A stretch of 64,000 nt of DNA, from positions 79,360,001 through 79,424,000 of the forward strand of contig NC_043008.1 of NCBI RefSeq assembly GCF_006345805.1, read 5' to 3'. Positions 1 through 12,364 of this stretch are shown piece after piece; within the stretch, counting starts at the first letter, position 1; each line of letters begins with the position of its first letter. The notes under the pieces are model-generated. The model saw nothing but the letters and a program-made list of their open reading frames with translations, was not told where the DNA came from and searched no databases. A program made the position numbers and the translations under genes. The DNA comes from Octopus sinensis (taxonomy: Eukaryota).

Positions 1-238
1 AATAATACAGAGCAAGTAAATCTAAAATCTAATCATAAAAGCAAAGGACCAAAAGCTATGTTTTACAACAATATCTATAACAGTAATAATTCTGAATACA
101 AAAATAAAAAATAAAGAGGGCTAAAGTCAATAAAGCAGATGGAACACAAAGCCATAATAATAAACTTCATAAAAATAAACTAAATGGCATATCCCAGAAT
201 TAGTTGAATTTGGTTTCTCCATCTCTCTTTTTTGTTAT

Positions 239-1135
239 TTAGTGCATATTTATTAAAACCACAATGCCTATTTTCATAGAGTATTTAGATTTTTGGTTGC
301 CTACTAATTTATGCAAGTTATTCCTATTACAGTAATTATTGTTTGGTTCGTAATATTTTAGCATTTGTTTATAACCAGCTTTTATAAGTGCAAAGTTATA
401 ATAATCTATATTATTAAACATCTCCTCAAGATGATAGATAGGATATTCTTCTTGAAATATTCGAGACCAAAAAATTTGTGACAGATCTAGGATGGTTACT
501 TCCAACATTTATATACCTTATACTGGTGTTTGGTTTATGGTAGGGTTTATGCTTCTCAGTGATAATGTTTAGGTTCACACCTAGGGAGTTAACTGAACTA
601 TGTTCATTCTCAATAGTAACAGATAGTCCAATGTTTTTTAAAGAATTTATGAAATTTCTTTTTATATAATTATAATTTTGTATTAGATAGGTTTCTAAGA
701 GTAAAAAGTGTGTCATCCCTGTACAACCACCCCAACAAGCTCAGGAAAATCTCTATATAAGTTGGATAAAATATATATACCCACTAAATCAGTGACTTGT
801 GCTGAATCAGCTGATCCCATTGTTATATCAAAGCTATGATTAGTATCCTTTCTAACCCAATGTTGGTTGTCAAATTTAATTACTGTTTTTCTGGCTGTTA
901 AGATAATGTTAATTTCATTTAGTGAACAAAAAGGCTTTGTTTAATAATATAGGGTTAATTGAAGAATAACATTTTATCTATATCAATTTGCAAAAACTTG
1001 TTTCTTTTTTTTGTTTTCAATTCTATTAAATCAGTGTATTACTTCCTGTGTGTTTGACCAAAGTTGCAACCTTAATATTTTCTTAAGAATTATTTATCAA
1101 TAATAGCCTAAGGTTAATTTGCCAGGGTAAGTCAG
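239..1135 (-). pseudogene. Penelope-like element reverse transcriptase, thumb and linker (Naiad-like), degraded
   Basis: Minus-strand translation gives FLQIDIDK.YSSI, FDITMGSADSAQVTDLVG, GLYRDD, KPYHKPN...SNHPRSV and ALIKAGYKQMLKY, all PLE RT/thumb motifs, with frameshifts. The clade call rests on motif resemblance only. Confidence 0.8.
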
Positions 1136-1252
1136 ACCTAAGTAAAGTAAACTCACCATTTTCTCCTTGTATTATAATATATTATATATATATATATATA
1201 TATATTTTATTCATATATAGTTAAGTCTATGTCCGTTGATAATGTGATAACT

Positions 1253-1380
1253 GGTTTCGCATCCACAACTGGTTTAGCCATGGACATCTTGTCAGACTTT
1301 AAAGCTGAAGACAAATGTAACTTCAGCTTTAGAGTCTGATGAGATATCCACAGGGCTAAGCCCTTTGTGGATGTGAAACC
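1253..1380. repeat. Long imperfect hairpin formed by two head-to-head degenerate hammerhead copies
   Basis: 1253-1310 is the reverse complement of 1321-1380 with a 10-nt loop. The plus arm has CTGATGA (1336-1342), a stem II hairpin and GAAA (1375-1378). Confidence 0.7.
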
Positions 1381-1632
1381 ATAAAGCTAAATGGCATATC
1401 CCAGAATTAGTTGAATTTGGTTCCTCAGTCTCTCTTAGTGTTTCTCAAATTGTTTTTTCACTAAACAACAAAAAATTAAGCAGTTTCTGTATCAGTAGAA
1501 ATAAACACAATGACAATATATCAGATAACAACTAAAATATTCCAAATTCTAATGAATGGGAAATTAGATCTCACTGTGCAGAAAGGGAGGTAACCAACGT
1601 ATCTCCCATTTTAAGCATGAAAAACTAACGCT

Positions 1633-2091
1633 ATGGATAAGATTAGTATTGACCACAGATTTATAGAGAAGGATAAAAATACTTGTTGTGATTGTAAATT
1701 TAAAGATAAATGTAAACTTAATTTTTGTAGACAGAAGGATGTCGTGTATAGATGCAGGATAGAGACTGATGGACTAAATTACTATTACATTGGATCCATG
1801 GCAAATTTTATGAAGTGTAAAATTGCCAACCATGAAAACATTTTTAAAAACAAAAGTAAATCGAACTGCACCAGTCTTTGTAAATTTATTTGGGAATTAA
1901 ATAAGGACTTTAACCTCAAGTGGGTAATTATCAGCCATGCCAGGCCCTATAATGTGGAAGACACCCATTGTAATCTTTGTATTGAAGATATCTTCCAAAT
2001 TTTAAAATCTAAATACAAACTTAAGTGTAAACACAAATGCAGTTTAGCATGTACGCATTCACATAAATTTGAATTTAAAAACTACAAATAA
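1633..2091 (+). pseudogene. GIY-YIG endonuclease of a Penelope-like element (Naiad-like)
   Basis: CDC..KC..FC..KDVVY-x-YYYIG, H..IF, TSLCKFIW, CNLC and C-x-H motifs. Confidence 0.8.
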
Positions 2092-3085
2092 AATAAAATG
2101 TAAACATGGATAAAATATAAATAGGATATATTAATAGATATAAATATGTTTTATAAAGTACAATTATAATAAAATTGCATTAGGTTATGTGGAATGAAAT
2201 AAATAATAAAATATTTAATTATTAGATATGATTGTGTAATAGTAATTGTTTTAATAATAGTAATATATTTTCCCGAATATTGACTTTCATTATTTTGTCT
2301 AATGATAGAAATGTATGCAACACATATTTTGATGATGTGGAATACAAATATTTTAACTGCAGTAAGTTTGGATTTTTCAGTTGTATCACATGATCACATT
2401 AATATATTTATTAATGTACATATACACACAAAATATAATAAAGGATGATACACAGGCAATGACGTTTTTAATTCTTAAAGCACACAAATAAATTTAATGT
2501 GCACACACACACAAATAAATTTAACATGCACTCGCATACACAAACATTATTATCATGTTGGGTCTGTCGACCATCAACCATTTGTTTATGATGTAATTTT
2601 TATATGTGTCTAATTCTTACTCTGAAGAAATATTTAACTCGATATTTCAAGATGTAATTTCTAATTTTCACTTTATTGATTTGTAATTGAATGAGTTAAG
2701 TATGGAAACAAATAGCAGGTTACAAAGAATTTTGACGATATGTAAATAAATTGAATTTTATCAGTTGAAACTCTCCATTTTCTCCTTATATTATAATATA
2801 TTATATTGAAATATATCCATATATTGACATGTAATAATCATTAAACTCCGTAATATAAACACTAATGCTATTAAGATATACTAGACTCTTGAACTTTTAC
2901 ATCAATATATAAGATTAGACAGGATGTTAACATCTCTTTTATGAGGTATCTGTATGCTCAAAATAGCTATATATATATATATATAGACTCGTTCTATTTC
3001 TATTCCTGAGCGCCATACTAATACATTTGTTTGTTTGTACTCCACCTGCCTTCGTCTTTTGTTTATTTTCGTAAACCTTCCAGTT

Positions 3086-3104
3086 ATATATATATATATA
3101 TATT

Positions 3105-3146
<42 letters not shown>

Positions 3147-3157
3147 ATATATTATAT

Positions 3158-3205
<48 letters not shown>
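3086..3205. repeat. (TA)n microsatellite
   Basis: Direct reading; source of the YIYIYI ORFs. Confidence 0.95.
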
Positions 3206-3209
<4 letters not shown>

Positions 3210-3309
3210 TACATACAGACATGACACCCTTATAATCATTAAAATTTATTTAAATCTGAAATTATACATTCAAATTATTTATTAATTATTATAATGTGAA
3301 TAATATTTA

Positions 3310-4330
3310 GTAGACATGCCCTTTGTGTTTTTCAATACAAGGATCCTATAAGGCATGCTGCTGATCAGATGACAAATATTCTCTTGTCAAGTTTCATGCA
3401 GTAATCTCAAAAGATCCGACTTTGGGGATCCTTTCTTGTTCTTTTTATGAAGTGTCCTGTCCATTAAACCCCAGAGGCGTTCAATAGGGTTGATATCTGG
3501 TGACTGGCTTGGTCATGGAAGTTTTTTAATGCCATTCTTTTCCAACTAATCTTTGATCATTTTAGCCGTATGACAAGGAGCCCCATCTTCCATAAATAAA
3601 GAGTTCTCTTTAATCATTTCACCATTGGAGAAGGAGTCCTTTCTGCAATATGGACACATATTTATCTGAGTTTATGTTTCCATCACACTCGACCAGCTCT
3701 GATTGACCATTGCTCCAAATTGCTCCCCAGACAACCACAGAATATCTGTCTTGTTTCATTGCTGGCAGCAATCTTTTCATGTCAAATTCTTGATCACAGA
3801 GTCTCCAGACCCACAATCAACCACTGTCAGAAAATGCAGCAAATCTGGACTCATCAGAGAATATGACAGTGTCCCAAAATGCGAGTGGCTACTCCATCAT
3901 CCCACTGGATTAACCTTTTGTCCACTTGATAATGGCTGGTTAAAGAAGTGGCTTCCTTCTTGCTGCTCTGCCATAGTAACCAAGTTTGTGGAGATACCTG
4001 ACAGCTGTTCTGGGACTGACATCAACTTGTTATGTTATATCAGAGGCTTTGCAATGAGGATTATCCTCTACACTTTACTTAACAAGGCAAAGAGTCCTGT
4101 CAGAGGTCCCTGGTTAACCTGAGCAAGGTGATATAGACTCCTTTCCCTCTCTGGAGAATTGCACAATAACCCTATTAACTGTAGAAAGTGGGATCCCAAG
4201 GTTTTCTGGGATTTTACACTGACTAAGTCCACTTTATTTTTATTTATCTCTTCAAAGGATTATATTTTATAAAATTTTAATTTTCAGTGTTTATTCTCCT
4301 TTTGTTGGCATCAATTACAATTTGTATCCT
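3310..4330 (-). mobile_element. Tc1-like transposon remnant
   Basis: VIFSDES (~3850), VVWGAIW, MEDGAPCHTA (~3580) and SPDINPIE (~3490) DDE motifs; TIRs not identified. Confidence 0.8.
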
Positions 4331-4453
4331 TGCTAATCTGATTGTTGGTACAAGCAATGCTTTTTAATGAAAAATCTTGCACTATTTCTGACAAAATTGT
4401 AACACTAGAAACTAGTCGAATAATACCCAATTATTTTGTACTAACTACTATTT

Positions 4454-4492
<39 letters not shown>

Positions 4493-4679
4493 CTGCATAC
4501 ACACATATACACAGACAAATGGGCGTATTACATTTTAAAACAAACCAACCAAAGCTAATCCATTACTTATATGAACAAGAATAAAAATTTGATTCTTTTA
4601 GTAATCTGTCATTAAGTATGTAATCATGCATTTGCCCTTTGGTCCTAGGTTAATCAGCAGTAATTTGTGTGTGTGTATG

Positions 4680-5035
4680 TTTTTTACTTGTTTCAGTCAT
4701 TAGACTGTGGCCATTCTGGAGCACTACCTTGAAGAATTTTTATTAAGCCTATTACTATTGGTCTCTTTTGCTGAGTGGCTAAGTTACAGGGATGTAAACA
4801 CACCAACACCAGTTGTCAAGCAGTGGTGGGGACAAACACAGACACAAAGATACACACCCATATAAATATATATATATACACACACACATACCTACATACA
4901 TACATACATACAACAGGCTTCTTTTAGTTTCCGTCTACCAAAATCCATTGCCCAAGGTGCCACACAGTAGGATTGAATCTGGAACCATGTAGTTGGGAAG
5001 CAAAGTTTTAACCACACAGCCATGTTTATGCCTAT
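4680..5035 (-). mobile_element. tRNA-derived SINE
   Basis: A/B-box-like head near 5035-4950, internal microsatellite, and a 3' module shared with 9685-9890, 56890-57100 and 60995-61115. Confidence 0.7.
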
Positions 5036-6397
5036 TTATGTAATTTTATTTTAATACAGTTCTGTATTTTTGAGATGAGGAATTCTGTACATTATTTACA
5101 TTAAACGGATATGTGTCCTCATCTTGTTTGTTGTTACCATGTTTCAGCTGATTTACTCTCTAGCCTTCATCAGGTATCCTGGTATGATTTTCAACCCAAC
5201 CCTGGGTTCTCATTCCTAAGGTATTTTTGCTGATGATATTATTATTATTTATTTAAGACACTGCCAGGAATTGAACTCACAATCTTGGGGTTAGTAGCCC
5301 ATGCTCTTGACCATTACGCTATATGCCCATGAGCAATTATAGAGCGAATTTTAGATATATCGACAGGATGAGGCTTTAGCTATGGGTTTGCCATTATCAC
5401 CAATAATAGTTAATATATACATAGAATACTTTGAGAATTTGGCTTTAGGATCAACAACACTAATGCCAACCCAATGGCTTCAATACATTGATGACACCTT
5501 TATACTCTGGCCCCACTAGGAAGATATCCAAGTACTGCTAGATCATGTGAACTCAATAAAGCCATCCATACAGTTCAAAATGGAAAAGAAAAAGGTAATC
5601 TGCTATCATTCCTGGATGTATTAATAACATGCACTAAGCATGGGTTCAGGACATCTGTATACCACAAGCCAACCTTCACTGGACAATACCACAACTTCAA
5701 TTCCCACCATTCATACAGTATAAAGAGAGAGATTGCTCAGTGCCTAAAACATTGAGCAAAGAATATAAGTAGTGATCCTGATACATACTATGAAGAAATG
5801 ATCAAGCTAAGTAACAATCTATTAATCAACAACTACCCAAAAAACGTACAATCTACTCCAATTAGGAAGATGAGAGAGGATGAAATCTTTAAACTGACCA
5901 CAGTCTATCTACCCTATGTGAAAGGCCTCTTGGTAAAAATACAAAAGATATGTGGTCCACATGACATCAGGATAGTATTCAAGAGTAATACAACACTTTG
6001 TAAATATCTCCTTCAAGTAAAACCACCAATAGAAGAGAATATGACCAAAGACTGCATGTACTCCATCCCATGCAGTTGTGGTAAGTTATACAAAGGTGAA
6101 ATAAGGGTAGAGGAACATCATAAAGCTGTGACATGAGGAGCTGTTGAAAAATCGGGTATAGCTGATCATGAATGGAAAAGTGGAGACCACTTTCCCCTGT
6201 GGGATGAAGTTAAAGTAATAGACAGAGAACATCCCTTGAAAATACAAAAACTAAAAGGGGCAGCACATATGCTAGAACACAATAACCTTCTAAGCAGACC
6301 TAGTGCAGATATGAGTATAATATGGGAACTGGTACTAAGGAAGGATACAATAATATTTGGTTTATAAGCCCAAAAATTCACTTTTTAATTGCCCACA

Positions 6398-6466
6398 GGC
6401 ATATCGTGTAATGGTTAAGAGCACGGGCTACTAATCCCAAGATTGCAAGTTCAATTCCAGGCAGTG
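6398..6466 (+). promoter_or_regulatory. tRNA-like Pol III head (A and B boxes) inside the PLE terminal repeat
   Basis: Consensus across copies: TGGCGTAGTGG (A box), a stem-loop with CT-ACT-AA, and GAGTTCGATTCC (B box). No acceptor stem, so not a functional tRNA. Confidence 0.65.
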
Positions 6467-6554
6467 CTTTGAATAAATAATAATAATGATAATAACATCA
6501 GCCAAAAAATACCTTACGAATGAGAACTCAGGGTTGGGTTCAAAATCCTACTAG

Positions 6555-6600
6555 GACACCTGATGAAGGCTGAAGAGTAAATCAGCTGAAACATTGTGGT
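6555..6600 (+). ncRNA. Minimal type-I hammerhead ribozyme (partly decayed)
   Basis: GACAC-CTGATGA-A-GGCTG-loop-CAGCT-GAAA-CATT-GTGGT. Confidence 0.7.
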
Positions 6601-6864
6601 AACAACAAACAAGATGTGGACACATATCTGTCTAATATAATTTTATTTTATTTTGATAGCTTCAGACTTTGAGCTTGAGAATCAGAGTTTACAGAGTTAT
6701 CAGCTGCCTAGGTTTTAACTTGACTCAGTGTTGCTTAATTTCATTCAGTTGAAGAGAAATAGGACTTTTTGAGGAGAGGCAGTTATAACTGACCAACATT
6801 ATTGTAATTTTAGTATATCGTTACTAAACATCTAATTAGCTGTAGTTCTATATTTAAGAGATGA

Positions 6865-7022
6865 GGAATTATGTACATTATCTATATTTGATGGGTATTT
6901 GTCCTCATCTTGTTTGTTTTTAACACGTTTCGGCTGATAAACCCTCCAGCCTTCATCAGGTGTCTTGAGGAAATTTCAAACCTGGGTTCTCATTCCTAAG
7001 GTATTTTTCGATGTTGTTGTTG

Positions 7023-7057
<35 letters not shown>

Positions 7058-7165
7058 GTTATAATTACTATTATTATTATTAAGGTCACTGCCTGGAATC
7101 AAACTCAGAATCTTGGGGTTAGTATCCAGTGCTCTTAACCACTATGTCATATGCCCATGGGCATA
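6865..7165 (-). mobile_element. Solo tRNA-head/(AAT)n/hammerhead repeat (PLE terminal repeat)
   Basis: Reverse complement of 6390-6640. HHR core at 6922-6964 reads GACAC CTGATGA A GGCTG..CAGCC GAAA CGTGTT. Confidence 0.8.
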
Positions 7166-7841
7166 GCACCAGCTTTTGTCACCAGAGATGACCTTCAGAA
7201 AAAGGTTTGGATCTACTTTCAACTGTTTTTCCAGTTCACAGCACGCATTTGGTCATGACTGCTTTAATCTTTCATGAGCAAGCAAAGCACAAATTTCACT
7301 GCAATTCTTTTCATTTGCAATTCCTTGCTGAAAATTCGTTGGCAGAAGCTCCAGGATACACCAGTCCTATCAACAAGTTCATCAATTGTTCGGCGATGGT
7401 CCTCCAAGATCAGTTCATGAATTTCCATGATGTTTTCTTTCATTTCATTCAACAACCACTTGAACGAGGTTGGTTTTCAAGGGATAAGTGACCATTCCTA
7501 AAGCATTAAAACCACTCAAACTTGTGTTTTGCTCATGGCAGCATCCTTGTAAGCTGTTTGAAGCATGACAACTGTTTCAGCCACCGTTTTCCCAAGCAGA
7601 AAACAGAATCTTACAGAAGGACGTTGTTCCTTTGTTTCAACCATCCCAAAAATCAACAAACAGGAGAGAAGCACTGCAAAACAAAGATGGCCCACATGGC
7701 AGTACGACTTCACTCGATACTGCCTGTTGGCAAACTGATGCCTGAGAGTCGCATCAAGTGGCTTCTAGTGGCAGAAGTGTGAACTACAATGGGCTTGTCC
7801 CACAGAGAATGTTTCCAGTTACTTTTGGGTACCTCCTCGTA
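7166..7841 (-). mobile_element. mariner 5' half
   Basis: EQRPSVRFCFLLGKT..ET and ILEDHRRTIDEL HTH motifs; one TIR ends in CGTA at about 7841. Confidence 0.8.
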
Positions 7842-7995
<154 letters not shown>

Positions 7996-8069
7996 CACAC
8001 ACACATGCATGTTTATATTTATGTATTTTTTGTGTGTTTTTTTTAATATTTGTATATTTGTCAATAACG

Positions 8070-8310
8070 ATAAGGGAATCGAAATTTAGATGGCCTCTGC
8101 ACATGTGTGCCTACAGCTGGTACCACTGTGGTCACGTAATCTAAGTCCTAGCCTCATTGCACCACTTTCCCCTCTGGCCCCACAATGCAAGCACAGTCAC
8201 TCAAATAGCAACGTGTATCAAAGAAGAACAAAGAGCAGTGATCCAATTTCTCTGATTGAAAGGTGTGTCAGAAGCTGAAATTCATCAAAGGCTTTCAGTA
8301 CAATACGGAG
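8070..8310 (+). mobile_element. mariner N-terminal fragment
   Basis: KEEQRAVIQFL*LKGVSEAEIHQRLSVQYG. Confidence 0.7.
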
Positions 8311-8329
8311 ACATTTAGGGATAGGAATA

Positions 8330-9620
8330 AACATAACGGTACAGGACTCAGTAAATTAATTTGGGATCTAAAAGACCACAATAAACAGTTAAATTTAGAT
8401 TAGTTGATTCTCTCAATCTTGATACCTTATGACAAAGGCAAGGAATTCTGTCTTCTCTGTAATTCTGAACTATTTTTCATTTTTTCTAAAACTCCCCTAG
8501 AGAAGATTACATTTTACACCATTTATTCCTTTGGAATAAAACCAATGTTTTCTTCGAAACATACGTTGAAAGTAAAAGGAAAGAAAGAGAGTCTATCTTA
8601 ACAAGACATTATAACAAATACGATGAGGTTAACCCCAACAGAATTAAATTTATGTCTAATAATTCTAAGATCAAGAATTCTATATACCAGTGTAAAATTT
8701 CTTGCGGTACCGATGTCTACTTCTACATAGGCGCATCCTCTTCCAGTTATCTAAGAGAATTTCCAATCATTATTCATCATTTAGGGATAGCAGTAAAAGC
8801 CATAGCACATGGCTAAGTAAATTGGTTTGGCATCTTAAAGACAACAATAAAGATTTTAAGTTAGATTGGTTCATCCTGTCCATATCTTTTCCTTACGATA
8901 AGGGTAAGGGATTTTGTAACATTTGCAACTCTGAACTCTTCCATATTCTCTTCTCTAAGGATCACCTTGTTAACACACTTATAGAGCGATCTTACAAATG
9001 TAAACACTGGCAGAAACATACCTTTAGCTCATATAAGTGATTTCGCCAGTCTTTATAGTTTCAACAGTTAGATTAACTTGCACTTCACTTCAATAGAGAA
9101 ATCTACTTCTAAGCCTTTGAACATTTTTTCAACCAACGTATCCCTCTTTATTTGTTCTCTACTTATTATTTCTTTAACCCTTCTCTTTCTAGTATCTACC
9201 TTTGACGTCAAATCTACTAACGTTTTTTTTAAATATTTAATAACGTTCTGTTTATCATTTAGGCAGTCATCGCATTTGTTATAATGTCTTGTTGTTGAGA
9301 TAGGCTCTCTTTCTTTCCTGATGAGAAGATTGCATTTTACACCATTTACTCCTTTGGAATAAAACCAATGTTTTCTTCGAAACATACGTTGAAAGTAAAA
9401 GAATTTTAATAACATCTTTGTTCAACTCCATTTATTTACTTATACCACACAAATTACTGCACATTAACCCGGAGTTTCTACCTTTGAATAGGTCGCTCCA
9501 TCCATGTTACTTGCGTGAATTTTGCTACTCTGGTAACTGTTTATTGAATTTTCCAAGTTAACGGTAAACAAATAATATATTATAATATATTATATTGAAA
9601 TATATCCATGATAATATTCA
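8330..9620 (+). mobile_element. Rearranged Penelope-like (Naiad-like) 3' end: two GIY-YIG tails plus terminal repeat
   Basis: IYQCKISC..FYIG, WLSKLVWHLK, PYDKGKGFCNIC and C-K-H motifs. 8500-8578 duplicates 9324-9400, and 8598-8625 is an inverted copy of about 9265-9293. Confidence 0.75.
9313..9395 (+). ncRNA. Type-I hammerhead ribozyme, essentially intact
   Basis: Stem I CTTTC/GAAAG, core CTGATGA, stem II GAAGA/TCTTC with a long loop, GAAA, stem III AC-ATAC-GT, and cleavage triplet GUU. Confidence 0.8.
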
Positions 9621-9684
9621 TTCATCCATTTATATATATATGTATATATATATATATGTATATATATATATGTATGTGTGTGTG

Positions 9685-9890
9685 TGTTTGTGTGTCTGTG
9701 TTTGTCCCACTAGCATTGCTTGATGCTGGTGTGTTTACGTCCCCGTCACTTAGCACTTCGGCAAAAGAGACCGATAGAATAAGTACTGGGCTTACAAAGA
9801 ATAAGTCTCGAGGTCGATTTGCTCGACTAAAGGCGGTGCTCCAGCATGGCCGCAGTCAAATGACTGAAACAAGTAAAAAGAGTAAAAAAA
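9685..9890 (+). mobile_element. SINE 3' module
   Basis: Matches 4680-4860 and other copies in the window. Confidence 0.7.
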
Positions 9891-9900
9891 GAGAGAGAGA

Positions 9901-9934
<34 letters not shown>

Positions 9935-10126
9935 GAAAGAATGGAGTCGAATGACGATTTAACAAAATTCCTTTATTCTCGACACGTGACTTCTGCCCTT
10001 GGCATGTAGCTTCAACCGTGCTTTCTGACGTAAATTTGCTACCCAGGTATCGGTTAACCGAATTATCCATACTAGGATAATTCATTCAACTACTTAAACA
10101 TTCATATATATATATACATACATACA

Positions 10127-10158
<32 letters not shown>

Positions 10159-11410
10159 CAGGGTGCAGAAAGTATTTGAGGACAGATCTTATGGTTTTAA
10201 AAAAATGCTTATATAATAACAGAAAAAAAGTGTATTTTTATGAAAATAACATAAACATAAAGCTAAATAATCAAGTTAATAATTTTATTCAATAAAACTA
10301 CCATAAGCATCAATAACTACCTCTACACAGGGTCGAAATCGTTTACAAGCTCAGATTGTTAATATTGGATATGACTTGAACTATGTTGGCTTTCAAAGAA
10401 TCTTTGGTGCTATGGAGATGTTCATTGACATTTTTCTTAATGATGCTCCATATATAGTAGCCCAGCAAATTGAGATCTGGGGAATTAGGAGGCCTAATAT
10501 TGGGAGTGATGCAATCATGCAAATTGTCAGCCACCATTTTAGCCTTGTGTGATGGTGCAGAATCTTGTTGAAAGACATAAGGTCATCCTTAGCATACACT
10601 GTTGATCCAAGGCTAAACAACTTTATCCAGAACCTCAATATACACAGCAGAATTTACCCTAAGGCTTTGTGAGAAGGTATTATATGTCTTTCATTGCTAA
10701 CAACACCCAAAACCATAACACTTACAGAAAATTTTGTGTGCATCACACTTGGTACCTCAAAAGAGTCTGTACATAGCCATCTGTCATTTCTTCTGTTAGT
10801 TTTCTGGTCCTGGTCAAAGTTTTTCTCATCTGAGAAAAACCAAATCACGTCATCTTCTGATGGATTTTTAAGTTTGTTCAAAAGTCTTTTGGATCTGATT
10901 AAACAGTTTTCCTTTGTTTTTTTTTTTTTGTTGTTTTTTTTTTACATGAATTGACCTCTCCTCATCACATAAGATTTGTATTTGATGTCTTCATGCACAA
11001 TATTTCAGACTGTTTTTCTCTGACACAAATTTTTTTTTGCAATTGACCTCTTTGATTTTCCTGAATTGTTTTCAATATTTTACTTAACTTCCTGAATACA
11101 TTCAGGTGTCCTGTTAGAATCAGAGCGTTTGGAATGTGTTTTACATTTTGAAACAGGTAATACACTTCCATCTTCTTTCTCTAACTCCCACACAATCTTG
11201 TGGACAAAAGATATAGCAACTCCCAGAAAACGAGAAATTTCTAAATCACCATGCTTAGCCTTCAAAGCCACAATCACATCATGCCACTTCATTTCATTAG
11301 TAAGTATAGGGTCTGTCATTGTTATTTTCTGGAATAGAAGTTCAATAAAAATTAGTCAAATAAAATAATGACTAAAAATACATGCGTCCTCAAATACGGT
11401 CCACACCCTA
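10159..11410 (-). mobile_element. Tc1/mariner element of maT (DD37D-like) type, full length, degraded
   Basis: Imperfect TIRs (CAGGGTG..GTATTTGAGGAC), TA flanks, and WFFSDEK, FQQDSAP and PNSPDLN motifs. Confidence 0.8.
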
Positions 11411-11414
11411 TATA

Positions 11415-11701
<287 letters not shown>

Positions 11702-11711
11702 TGCATAAATA

Positions 11712-11950
11712 TCTGGCCTAGTGTTTAGTGTTGCACTTATGATTTCAAGATTGTGGTTTCCATTCCTGGACCAGGTGGCACATTGTGTTCTTGAGCGAAA
11801 TACTTCATCTCACATTACTCTGTGATCTCTTTGACACCTGATGTGTGGTAAACTGTGCACCTGTTCACACAATGTTGATTTGATGGTGGGAGTGAGCGCA
11901 TACATTCACTATAAACAAATCATGTGTGCAGGTTGTTTGGCAAAAGCTGA
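11712..11950 (+). mobile_element. tRNA-derived SINE (second family)
   Basis: A/B-box-like head followed by a typical SINE body. Confidence 0.5.
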
Positions 11951-11982
11951 ATGCTCATACATCATCTTCAATAGGAGATTCT

Positions 11983-12059
<77 letters not shown>

Positions 12060-12364
12060 CCGAAATTGCAAGGATGATCCGTTTCTCTTTAAATTCCTTT
12101 CATTTCATTCTATTTTTCTGATTTTTTTCACCCTATTTTTTATCCTATCTTCCTCTACCTTCCCATCCTCTCTCTTATCTTCTCAGCTACCCCATACACA
12201 ATTCTTAGACACCATACACTACTTTATCATATAGCCAATCCTTAAAATCCCCACTACCTCACTCTATCCACCCCTATTTCTTTTCTTTTCTTTACATTTA
12301 CCAATTAACTGCCACCTCTGCTACCAGTCTGTTATCAAATGATATATATATATATATATATACA

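Larger units (their letters stand above)
5085..6640 (+). mobile_element. 5'-truncated Penelope (Poseidon-like) element with inverted terminal repeats (5085-5360 and 6365-6640)
   Basis: Decayed LAMG.PLSPII.NIY.EYFE, YIDDTF, FLDV, YSIPCSCGKLYKGE and EHHKA motifs at 5365-6345; the flanks are reverse complements. Confidence 0.85.

Noticed and set aside
2302-2333. SECIS-like ATGA...TGA hairpin after the Naiad-like endonuclease
   Set aside because: The helix is short, the AA is misplaced in the loop, and there is no in-frame TGA to recode.
2622-2660. CTGAAGA plus hairpin, a possible HHR
   Set aside because: No GAAA and no stems I or III.
2902-3285. [12 protein letters not shown], poly-L and poly-H ORFs here and throughout the track
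   Set aside because: They are translations of (TA)n, (TG)n and triplet microsatellites.
9068-9415. 115-aa minus-strand ORF
   Set aside because: It is antisense across the PLE terminal repeat and HHR, with no recognisable motif.
10040-10090. Two adjacent hairpins resembling an HHR relic
   Set aside because: The core nucleotides cannot be assigned.
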